DNA of 32,000 nucleotides from NCBI RefSeq assembly GCF_000400465.1, contig NW_008806276.1, positions 330,001 to 362,000 on the forward strand, read 5' to 3'. This DNA comes from Wallemia ichthyophaga EXF-994 (lineage: Eukaryota > Fungi > Basidiomycota). The notes below the pieces were generated by a model. The model was not told where the DNA came from, made no database searches, and saw only the letters and a program-made list of their open reading frames with translations. Every line of letters begins with the position of its first letter. The first letter of the stretch is position 1. This document shows positions 8,450-18,944 of the stretch, piece by piece. A program made the translations under genes and the position numbers.

Positions 8450-10521
8450 TCACTTGCCAAAATTAAAGCTAAAGCCTCCTGCTTGTGCTTGTGGTGGCTG
8501 GCTCAATGATGATGCTGGTTTATCGTTCTCAGCTGAGGATGCACCAAAATTGAAGGATGGCAATGTGGTTTTTGTATCCTTTTTATCATCATTACTTGTA
8601 GATTTACTTGTTTGACTTATGCTCTTATCAGCGCATGTCATTTGATCACCGAAGTTGAAGGATACCGGTCCGGGCTGGCCACTTGCTCTAGCTTTACGAT
8701 CCTCCTTCTGCTTTTCCTGCTTTTTCGCTTCTTCTTTTTGCTTCAATCCTTCTTCCTCTCTACGCTGAGTCTCGTCCTTTTTCATTTGTTCCATTTTAGC
8801 AGCCTCGTCTCTCTTCACCTCGCTTTCCTGATTTGCTGCTTTCATTTTGCGTATACTAGTCAACATATCTGCCTCCCTCTCCTTGTCTTTCCGTTGAGTG
8901 GACTTTGATAAATTTAATTCTGAATTGTTTTTTCTGTTTAAACGCAATCTACTGTTAGCCTGTTGCTTTCCATCACTTGAGTTAGGGGGTGAAGATGTAA
9001 CAGACGACACGGAGGGCGTAACCAATGATCTATTCGAAACCTGCCTTTTAATTGGAGTTCTTCTAGTATAATACACACCAGATGACTTTCGAGATACTTG
9101 CGGTTGATAACTCTCTGACAACTGCGACATGTTCTCATCATGCGCGTCCTTATTATCTATAGATATCAACTCATCTTCATCTGGCTGCCAAGCGAGCTCA
9201 TATCTATTTAGAGCATCCTGGTATTCATCATCTGTGATCCATCTCTCAACAAATACTCTCAACTTTACGTTGCGATCTGGATGCTGGGAATCTTTAGGCA
9301 TATTGTATTTGGATCTCCACTCCTTCACCACGGTAAGACGCTTTTTGACTCCATCATCGTACTTGTATGTCGTTCCAGTGAGATCAGTCCATTCATCGCT
9401 GTTTTTTGGAAGCTTCTTCGACCTTGTGTTTACACTGACGATATCTGAAGAGTCGTCAAGGCTACGTTTACGTCCTCTAATATCATTTTGAGGCGATGCA
9501 GATCTCCTCAAAGATTCATTTTCGTATGAACCTTCACTCATTGGAGTGTTTGATGCATCTGTAGATAAAGAAGTAGCTCGCCGACGTTTGTGTCTGTCTT
9601 CAAAGCTTATTAAATCGCTTTCATCTCTCTGAGAGAACTCGTCCATCGATCTTTTGCGCGTAAGATTAGGGTAAGTTGTGTACTGTACGTGTTTTAGATC
9701 GACAATCTTTTATTTGAGAATCACTTACATCATCGACATTCATTGAAATCTCGCTTCGCTCATCTTCCAAGTTACTTTCTTCGTTCACATCTGGGAAATC
9801 GACGTTGCGCGTTAATGGATACCTTAATGAATGTAAATCCCTTGCAATTGAAGATGTTGATAGTCTGTTTGAGGGCGATGAAGGTATGTATTCAAATTTT
9901 GGTGGCTCGTAAAAGCTAAGAAGTATTGTCAGTGAAGTTGTATTCAAAAGCTATACTAACGAGCTATTTGACGAAACTTGTGGATCATAACCACCTGGTA
10001 GCGTGGATGAAGAGTCTACATCATTAAAATGATCTGAAGAATTTGGTTGCGCTGTGACATTGTTATTATCGCCTTGAATAAAACGCATTACTCACGACAC
10101 CACCCTGTTGATTTTCCTAACATCCTCCACTTTGAAGATTCCTCTAGATCAAATTGGCGCTTACGTTCCTCTTCTGCTTGAATTTCTAGAATGCGTTTTC
10201 GACGTGTATCGTTTGCGGCTGACAAGGCTAACTTGAATGATCTTTTATCGCTATCAGGAATGCCATGTCTTCGCCGCTGTTCACTAAACAACGATTAGAG
10301 GAAGTGATGGATAAAATCATCACTAACATCCTATAAGCACGCTCTCTAGAGAATATCACTAGCTTAGAATATAACCTCGACGCCCAATACAGTAATAGTA
10401 ATATCGCAGCAATGTGTAACCACCACGGCAAACACTGATGAAATCGTTTCAAAGCGCTTAGATTCTTATTGTACGATCTAGTTAAATCAATTTGCGTGTA
10501 GTTTTCATCATTATTTGACAT
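8450..10521 (-). CDS. Uncharacterised protein: N-terminal TM helix, basic clusters, small conserved-looking domain, C-terminal FNFG repeats; 5 exons
   Basis: Four canonical introns of about 44-46 nt join the ORF-track fragments in frame: ...LPWWLHIAAILLLLYWASRLY...RRRHGIPDSDKRSF...RKRS...RHKRRR...RGRKRS...EWTDLTG...KYNMPKDSQHPD...VERWITDDEY...LAWQ...SFNFG...SFNFG...FSFNFGK*. Confidence 0.8.
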
Positions 10522-10570
10522 GTCAATCCTCACGGTCGCGATGCAAGTTAAATCAGCACATCCAACAAGC

Positions 10571-10604
10571 AATTTATAAATTTTAGAAGCAACGAGCCTC
10601 GTTG
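10571..10604. promoter_or_regulatory. Dyad elements in a 99-nt bidirectional promoter: palindromic TATA (AATTTATAAATT) and CAACGAG-C-CTCGTTG
   Basis: Both palindromes were read directly, at 10571-10582 and 10590-10604, between the divergent ATGs at 10521 (-) and 10621 (+). Function is inferred. Confidence 0.5.
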
Positions 10605-10620
10605 ATATAGATTTCAATTA

Positions 10621-12717
10621 ATGTCCATTTCATTGGAGAACGAAGGCTACCACGGCGATAAAGATCTCGTTGATATCCCTGAAAGTGGTGAACCCATATA
10701 CGACGAGTGAGCAGCTGAATTTCGAATATTTATTCTCTTACAGCTCAGGCCACTTGATGGTGATACTCAGTTTGCTCGCACGCTGCACAGAATCTGGCAA
10801 GAAAAGGGCGATTTCAGTCAGGTTAGCTCAAAGAGCTTGTTACAGGATCAATTAAACGAATTAAACGACGTTGACAAGCAATCAGAGCCAGAAGATGACA
10901 CACGAAATGACGAATCGTTATCAGTCGATGATGTACTCAAATTGAAGCATTCAGTTCTCACTAATCTTGAGTAAATTAGATCTTAGTCTAAAAGCATTTA
11001 CTAAAAGCTTCTCAGTGACGCTAAAAATGAGTTGGCAGTTGCTCTGGATGTCGTCAACTTGCTGCTTTCAAATACTCCCAGGCACGAGAATACTGAAATC
11101 CAGCTACCTATTCCTAAACATTCTCTCGGAACTGCTGCGATTAATGCTAGCGAACTAACACCATTACAAGCCCTAAAAAAGTCGAAGATTGCTATAACTA
11201 CTAAGAATGAATCATTGCAATCGGCTGCCAACATATTCGATAGAGCATCAGAGCAAACCGAGCAAACCAATGCCCAAAATGCTCAATTCTGGGATGACTG
11301 TCTGCTTTTACGTGACAGAAATTGGACATTGATACCGTCAAATGCAAAGTCAGAGTCGACAACTGACTTGGAAAAGGCAGCTAAAGACCTCAAAGTACTG
11401 TATTTTGTCGATGAAGGTACGTGCTGGACTAAGTTTGCTAATAATTAGCTTACAGGAACAGCCTCTAATGAAATAAAGCATGATTCAATAGCTTCTCTTG
11501 ACATTAAAATTTCTCAATCAAACGATTTCAATTTGAGCATACCAAAAAGGCGTAATAGGCGTCTTAAGCTATCCATAAGAAGTGGTAATCATATTGAAAC
11601 ATCATCAGCATTTCGCTCAAATGTTGAAATGAGAAACACGTCGGATAATGTGAATGAAAGGATAGATTCGCTGCTTCGAACTTTAGACTATGCACAGAGC
11701 TCATCTTTTGAGGAAGATTTGTTTGCATCTGTAAGTATACTACTCATTCGACAATGTTTGTTGACTTTTGCAGTTACTAAATGAAGCAAATCAAATACCT
11801 ATTGTCATTACATCTTCAGCAGAGATGATAGTTATCGAGCTTGATACAAGTAGCCAGCTTGTACTGGAGTTGGTGAGTGTGCTTTAAAAATATGAACGCA
11901 GCTAATATATGACAGGTTAACGGAGATGATTACATAGAGGAAGGTGAAGAAATATCATCAAAGTGCGACGGCTTGCTGCTTGGGGTCAAACTGTTACAAA
12001 TCAGATCTTATAAGAATATATCAGCTAACAATAATCAAGTACTGAAACCAATACTTGATCTACTACACTATGAAGCTTTCACTGAAAGCATAAAGGGGCT
12101 GCTAGGTCGTATCACCGATCTCTTATGCTATGTGGAGGTGAAAGAGGCTAGTTACCATGTACAGAAGACGTATACTCGTGAAGTTTTGGACATCTTCCTC
12201 AATAATAACAAACCTCAAACCATCGGAAGCCAAGGTCGTATAAGCTTCGGAAAACAGTAAGTGCTATCATCATTTTGAACTCTGCGTCTCACAATGATAG
12301 TAAAACTACAATCATCAGTCTCAATTCACCTCATACTGTGCTTGTACAACTTGCAAAGGGTTTACAGCGAACAACAATCACACAGTTAAGGACTTTGATC
12401 TACTCGGATGCGCTTACGGTGATATTGGAGGCATTACGCGAACTATGCTCTAATTTAAGTAATTGTAGTGATTGGTGGGTGGACGATATAGAGAGATGCG
12501 TAATTAGGAAGAGATTATGCGACTACATGTAAGTCCAAGAGGAAAAAAAGCTAGCTACTTACGCCCAATCAGCTCTATTCATCCTATGATAACAGATGTT
12601 GGATGTGACATCAGTTTTCGTACAAACAGTCAATACATGAGTAATTTCACTGTAGACTATAGAGCACTTGGTAATAATAAAGAACTAAAAGATTGGCTTG
12701 TACGGCACATTATTTAA
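10621..12717 (+). CDS. MED17: Mediator subunit Med17 (Srb4); about 8 exons
   Basis: Spliced N-terminus MSISLENEGY...FARTLHRIWQEKGDFSQV...LKHSVLTNL-DAKNELAVALDVVNLLLS, and later WDDCLLLRDRNWTLIP and FEEDLFASLLNEA. These are Med17-type segments. Canonical introns link all ORF fragments through to TAA at 12717. Confidence 0.75.
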
Positions 12718-12767
12718 TTATTCGTTGAATGAAAAACCTTTGACCGAAACCGTGAAGACGTGATAAA

Positions 12768-13862
12768 ATGGATTATTCTAGCGCAATACGCGGTTTCTTT
12801 AGCTCTGTTAGACAGACTGCAGAAGAAGAAGTGCAAAGTTTTTTCGATAACGCGTCAACTGTAAGGATTCTTTGCTTTGGGTGACGTTTCGATTCTTATC
12901 TACTTTCACAGAGCGTTGTAGAAGCCACTGATAGCGACAGACCTACTAAGAAGCGCAAAAAGGTCAAGCGAAGTAGTTCAGACCACTTTGATTCATCTCA
13001 TTCGGTGCCTGCAATAAATGAAGTTGTTGAAGATCAGCAGAATGCTAGCACCAGTTCTAACAGCAAAAGCAAGAGTAATCACTTAAATAAGGCTCACATA
13101 AAGAGCCTACAAACACCTCATATACCTGGATGCTATCCTATCACGCCTGCGGCTCATTTATCTGCGAGTTACAACAATCTCATTGACTCAACAGACAACA
13201 AGACCAAATCAAATGCGTTAGAAAGTCAAGTCGTAGACATGGACTCCTTCAATGAACTACGCAGAAGCTACGATCATCTCTTATCTGCCGTCGAAAGGAA
13301 TACAGCTTTCCACAATCAAACCCAGGCTCGAAATGAGCGAAGGATACAACACCTTGAATCGAAAGTAAAGACTTTGACCGATATGATCACCAAGCCAAAC
13401 CAAGAGCGTGAGAGACTTCGTCAGGAGGAAGACACGACGATGCTTCATCAGAAAAGGCAAAGATCACAAGAGTTCAGGGATATGGCAGCTGCTCAACCAA
13501 GCTCAACCCCACACAATCCACCACCAAAACGATACAATCAGAGGTCAAACGAAGCACATGCGAAAACTGTTTCGAACACGGACACAAATAAGTCACTTAA
13601 TATGAATCAATTCCTATCAGAAATACGTTCAGTCAAGCTTAGGAAGGTGGGATTACCTTCCAAATGCGCAGTTGAAAAGATGCCTGCACTTAATTATTCA
13701 TGGCATGGTAAAGCTCTAGATGATCACTCCATCTTCCCATCACCCCCACCATCACACAACTACTCCCGCACACCGTCAGCTTACTCATTAAACGACGTTT
13801 TTACAGAGAAACCTCTCACGTTATTCGATGAATTAAATGGAAAGCTGAAACATTCAAATTAG
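12768..13862 (+). CDS. Orphan protein with NLS-like motif, coiled coil and WH2-like motif; 2 exons
   Basis: ATG at 12768 and one GTAAGG...CACAG intron lead in frame into ORF 13005-13862. Motifs: PTKKRKKVKR, a heptad region around RNERRIQHLESKVKTLTDMI, and MNQFLSEIRSVKLRKV. Confidence 0.75.
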
Positions 13863-13975
13863 ACGGATAATAAACAGCACATGATTTGAAAGCATTGTAA
13901 TAATAATTGAAGTGTTTTTTATGTATTAAGTTTGTGTATCTAACATTTTATCCAATCTGATAACAGCATTTTAAT

Positions 13976-15223
13976 CTAGAGTTTCTTAATGATGGCATCT
14001 GCGTATTCATTTGTGCTTGAGCTACCACCGAGATCACGAGTGATAGTCTTGCCTTCTCTGATAGTTGTTAGAGCAGCACGCTCAATCTTGTCAGCATGTT
14101 CAAAGAGGTTCATGTGACGCAACATCATGATGGATGAAAGAAGGAGAGCAGTTGGGTTAGCAAGACCTTTACCGGCAATATCAGGAGCAGATCCGTGTAC
14201 AGCTTCGAAGATAGAAGCATCTTTACCAATGTTACCTGAAGGAGTAAGACCGAGACCACCAATCAAACCAGCACACATGTCTGAAAGGATGTCACCGTAA
14301 AGGTTGGGCATAACCATAACTCTGTCAGAGAATGGAGATGGGTCGGTAGTGATAGCTAAACAAGCGCGGTCTAACAAATCCTCATCGTATTTGACATCAG
14401 GGTATTCCTTTGCGACTTGACGGCAAGCTTGAAGGAACATACCATCTGACAGCCTCATAATGTTGGCCTTGTGAACAGCAGTGACACGCTTACGGTTTTG
14501 GGTTGAAGCGTGGTGGAAAGCGTATCTTGCAACACGCTCGGAAGCTTCGAAGGTGATTAACTTGATAGACTGGACAACGCCATCGACGACTTCATGCTCA
14601 ATACCCGAGTATTCACCTTCAGTGTTTTCACGGATAAGGACAGTATCAACGTCGTCGTAAGGTGTCTTATAACCAGGTATAGACAAGCATGGACGGACGT
14701 TGGCGAAGAGGTTGAAAGTTCTTCTCAGGGTCAAGTTCAAACTGACGTGGCCTTTACCGACTGGGGTAGCTAAAGGACCTTTTAATGCGATAGTGTTTGC
14801 CTTTATCGAGTCTATTGAGTATTGAGGGATAGTTGATTTTCCGTTGACGAGTGAAGGAGTAACGTCTACTTCTTCCCACTTGATTGGGACCTTTGCTGCT
14901 TCGTAGATTTTCTTCACAGCGTCTGAGATTTCATTACCGATACCTATAAGCGTCTTAGTGAGGTATTCAACGGAGCAAACGAAATACACACCATCACCTG
15001 GAATCAATGTAACTGTGTAGTTTCCCTGTTACGTATATTAGAATTACTTCTGCTGCTGGTGCTGCTGCGCCTACGTTTGCGTCCTTGTTGCCTTGATAAA
15101 CGCTCGTTGGTGCAGAAGCGTAGGCTCTAGCGAATTTGACCTAAGAAACATTAGAAAGCACCAATGTAATATGCTGATATTCACTGGACGTTGAATGTTC
15201 TTTGAAATGTAGTTTCTGAACAT
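13976..15223 (-). CDS. IDH2: NAD-dependent isocitrate dehydrogenase, catalytic subunit (yeast Idh2 / IDH3A type); 4 exons
   Basis: Motifs VTLIPGDG|[76 protein letters not shown] and ANPTALLLS. The presequence is [22 protein letters not shown]. Confidence 0.95.
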
Positions 15224-15279
15224 GGTGATGGACGTTCTTGTATAAGATAAGATTCTAAGGAATCGTACGAGCAGACTAA

Positions 15280-15530
15280 ATGACTTTAAAGCGCATCGCT
15301 TACAAGCTATTCACAGCCGCTCATCTTAATAAAATTCGTATGTTTCCACTCATCTAAGCGGGTGAGCTATGACCGATTTCTGTCTTAATCGGATTTAACC
15401 AAAAACCTTCCTAAGGAGAATACAGCGTTGCTTAATGTATACTTAAAGTATTCGTATTTAATGAATATACACATATCAGCCTTGATCGACTATATAAATC
15501 TCTGTTGCAGGTGATTGGCCAGGATCGTAG
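15280..15530 (+). other. Candidate micro-ORF (25 aa) or ncRNA host unit with a 173-nt structured intron (15338-15510)
   Basis: ATG at 15280, GTATGT donor at 15338, pyrimidine tract and TTGCAG acceptor ending at 15510. The spliced product is MTLKRIAYKLFTAAHLNKIRDWPGS*. The intron holds the stems CTCATC/GGTGAG and CCGATT/AATCGG, an ANANNA motif (AGAATA, 15417) and an ACA near 15470. Confidence 0.3.
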
Positions 15531-15779
15531 ACCTAAATGAGGATGGTGGGAAATACACTATCATATTGCTACTCTAAACACTTTATACTCAATTGTATTC
15601 TATCTCAACGTCGTGATAAGTCCTTCTCACACTTCCTCTTATAAGCGGCGTTAAATGCTGGCTAATGGTAATCACTGTGTAATAGCGAGTGACTTGATCA
15701 ATTTTTTTATTAAAAACGTCTTCCCCTGGTCACAAGGGTCAGATTATAATTGCACAGGAACATAGCTTGGCTGTGCGTC

Positions 15780-18067
15780 ATGAAGTTTATATCGTTGCTC
15801 AATGTCCTGTCGACAGCCTCCGCCTTCCCTTTTAGTCAATTCAATCAATTCAAACGCAGTGTGATTACTGACGCTAATCAAGTTAACGGTACGTATTGAC
15901 CTCACGAAGTAAAACCCTTAATTAAGACCCTTTTAGACCAAACCTTTGATTATGTTATAGCCGGTGCTGGTATTGGCGGTCTAGTTACCGCTAATCGTTT
16001 GACCGAGGACGAAAATACTCGTGTTTTGGTTATTGAAGCAGGAGGACAAGGTGATGATGTTCGTGACCGTATCGATATTCCTGCAGAAGCCTATTTAAAT
16101 GGTAAATCTGATGATATATCTTTATTATGTCTAACACCCATCAGGTCTCCCTGTCGCAGGCTCCCCTTACGATTGGGGTATTTATACAGAAGCTCAAGAT
16201 GAACTTAACGGTAGGAATTTACATTGGCCGAGGTGAGAAATACTTACTTAAATCAAATTGAACGCTTTTGACTTTGTTAGGGGCAAAATAGTCGGTGGAT
16301 CGACTGCCGTAAATGCGCTTTATATGACTCGATCAATTAAAGACGAGCACGACGCTTGGGCTGAGCTCGTAGACGATGATGGATGGAACTGGGACAGCTT
16401 ACTTCCATACTTCCGTAGATATGAAAACTTTTCCCCTCCAGCCTCAGACTTGAAAGATAATCTGTCTATTGAAGTTAAGGATTCCGCGCATGGATATGAT
16501 GGACCGTGAGTCTAAATACACAGTAAGCCAATGTTTCATTCTGATCAATGTCTCAGTATCCAGATATCTTTTCCACAATATAACTATCCTCAAAACAGGT
16601 GGGTCTTCTTTCTATCGCTTGCACAAGCAAATGCTGAACGAAGTCAGCCTTTGGCAGGAAACCTTCAATAATCTAGGAGTTGAATCCGATTCAGACCCCT
16701 TCAGCGGTAAAAATATTGGTGGATATATAACGCCAAACTCAATTGATCCGGACACTCAATTGCGCTCATACGCAGCCAGTGCTTATCTTTATCCCGTACA
16801 AAACACGCGCTCTAACCTGGTCATACTTTCTGATGCTCTGGTGACACGTATAAACTTTGATACCTCGAGCTCAAAGCCTGTAGCTAATGGCTTGACCTTT
16901 ACTACAAGCGGGAGTAACAATCAATTTCAAGTGTATGCGTCTTCAGAGGTTGTCATTGCTGGTGGTGCTCTTGGCTCGCCTCAAATACTTCTTCAGTCTG
17001 GTATTGGACCTAGAGAAAATTTAGAAAGTCAAGATGTTGATGTTGTTGTTGATCTTCCTGGAGTTGGTGAACACGTTCAAGACCACATTTCTGCTACCAT
17101 CAATTACGCAACAACTGCGCCCGTAGCTGGTAATCTCAGTGATGAAGAATTAGATCATCAGCTGCAGTTATTTAAAGACGGAAACTTTGCTAGAAGCGTT
17201 TATTCTACCCCAAATGGAGCTATTGCGTATGTTCCATTAGATGATCTTATGGGCGATGATACGGATTCATTCCTTGACGCACTTGAAGCTAACATGACAG
17301 ATGCAACTAGTTCTGGAAATGAGCCGGAACAAGTTAAATCTGGCTATCGTGCAACTTACAAAAGCGACTTGGAGAATGTTTATAGAGCAGGAAATGCGGT
17401 TGTTGAGATATTAATGAACAACTTGGGCTCAAACTTAGGTAAATAACGTCAATCAGACCAAACACACGCTTACATTGACATAGGCTTCCAATTGGCCATT
17501 CAGCATCCACTTAGTAGGGGAAAGATTAGTTTGGGGTCTCAAAATGCAAGCGAGAATGCTAATGTTGATCCCCGTTACTTATCTCATCCTGCTGATATTC
17601 AAGTACTTCGCAGTGGATTGAGGTACATAAGACGACTAGCATCAACAGAACCTTTATCCAGCGTCATTGAAAGTGAAGTGAGCCCAGGCGAAGATGTAAT
17701 GAGTGATGAAGATCTCAACGATTATATAAGGAGTAGCGTTGTCTCACAATATCATCCAGCATCTTCATGTGCGATGCTTCCAAGAGAAAATGGTGGTGTA
17801 GTTGACTCTCACTTGCGAGTTTATGGAGTGGATAATCTTCGTGTTATCGATAGCTCGACAATTCCACTACCAATTGCAGCACATCACATGCAAATCACAT
17901 ATGCCTTATGTGAAAAAGGTGCGGATCTGATTAGAGGATATGAAAAAGCGTCAGATTCGCCTTCTGCGACAGAGAGTGAATCGGGAGGATCACTTTCATC
18001 CATAATAGATATAAAACTGCTCATACTAATGGTAATGATTACCATTATGTATAACGGACTCTACTAA
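15780..18067 (+). CDS. Secreted/anchored GMC oxidoreductase (AA3, glucose oxidase/aryl-alcohol oxidase-like); about 7 exons
   Basis: Signal peptide MKFISLLNVLSTASA. Motifs FDYVIAGAGIGGL, VLVIEAG, RGKIVGGSTAVNAL, EVVIAGGALGSPQILLQSGIG, VGEHVQDH, QHPLSRG, QYHPASSCAM, VYGVDNLRVIDSS and AAHHMQITYALCEKGAD. The C-terminus is S/G-rich and then hydrophobic. Confidence 0.93.
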
Positions 18068-18114
18068 ATTAATGATTTGTACACATGCAACGTATACTGA
18101 CTTGATTTGAAGAA

Positions 18115-18857
18115 TTATGCGATTAATTGATCGACAACGGCGTCATCACTTAAATTTTGAATATTAGGACCACGATAGTCCAAGACGGAGAGAACGTCAA
18201 TAACTTGACTTTCAGAGAAACCCATCGAGGTGAACTTATCGACATCTTCCTGGCCAAGGCCGGCAGCAGCAACAGGAGAGAGATTGCTACTTTCACCTTC
18301 TTTGTAGATACCCTGCGTCCACAATCTAGCTGTAGATTCAAACTTTTTCCTATCTGTGGTATATACTTTGGCCACAACAGCGTCTTGAGGGTCGTCAGGC
18401 GCCGGTGAGCATAACAAGGACTGTAAGGAGATCAACGTTGACTTGAGTGTCAGAACCGGAGACCATTCTTTGCCTAAGATATCTAAACAAATGAGACCAG
18501 TTTGTGAGGAGATATTGGGGTGATAGACGCGCGTAATAAACTTCATTTTGAGCGGCTGAAAGGGATAATTATCGGGAACTTGTATGTCAACTTGAAAATG
18601 ACCACCTTGGTAAGGTGTCTCGTCTGGACCATCGAAGGAACCAATAAGATGATAAGGATTCTCATTGACCATTTCAACGAGAATGCCGGTATTATCGTTT
18701 AATTGACAATCTAAACGAATTGTGAGTGTTTCTGCGTGTGTGCGACTCTGTATGACATTACAAACCTTTGATTTCCTGAATAAAGAGTTAAAATGAAATT
18801 CCTAGAGCCAATTGAGAATCAAAGTACCTTCAAAATTCTTTTTGATCTTGGATCCAT
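18115..18857 (-). CDS. UBC1: Ubiquitin-conjugating enzyme E2 with C-terminal UBA domain (Ubc1/UBE2K); 3 exons including a 10-nt micro-exon
   Basis: Reads MDPRSKRILK|EIK|DCQ...GPDETPYQGGHF...YPFQPLKMKFITRVYHPNISSQTGLICLDIL...WSPVLTL...PDDPQDAVVA, with a UBA-like end FTSMGF...AVVDQLI. Confidence 0.95.
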
Positions 18858-18878
18858 TTTGCAGTCGTCGTTCGGTGG

Positions 18879-18906
18879 AGAGAGTACGTAAGTCCCAGTA
18901 CTCTCT
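18879..18906. promoter_or_regulatory. 9-bp perfect inverted repeat AGAGAGTAC-N10-GTACTCTCT in the 87-nt UBC1/PRE7 divergent spacer
   Basis: Read directly. The repeat is flanked by GGTGG and CCACC. A regulatory role is inferred. Confidence 0.5.
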
Positions 18907-18944
18907 GACCTCAACCACCAACAGCTGCTTAAGCAAGTCAACCA

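Noticed and set aside
10522-10617. N-terminal extension of the TM-FG gene suggested by the ORF track (start 10617)
   Set aside because: The ORF-track start at 10617 is TTG, a non-ATG codon, and would overlap the MED17 promoter. The first ATG in frame is 10521.
13976-13990. IDH2 C-terminal KKL as a peroxisomal PTS1
   Set aside because: It is a weak variant on a protein with a clear mitochondrial presequence that belongs to a matrix hetero-oligomer.
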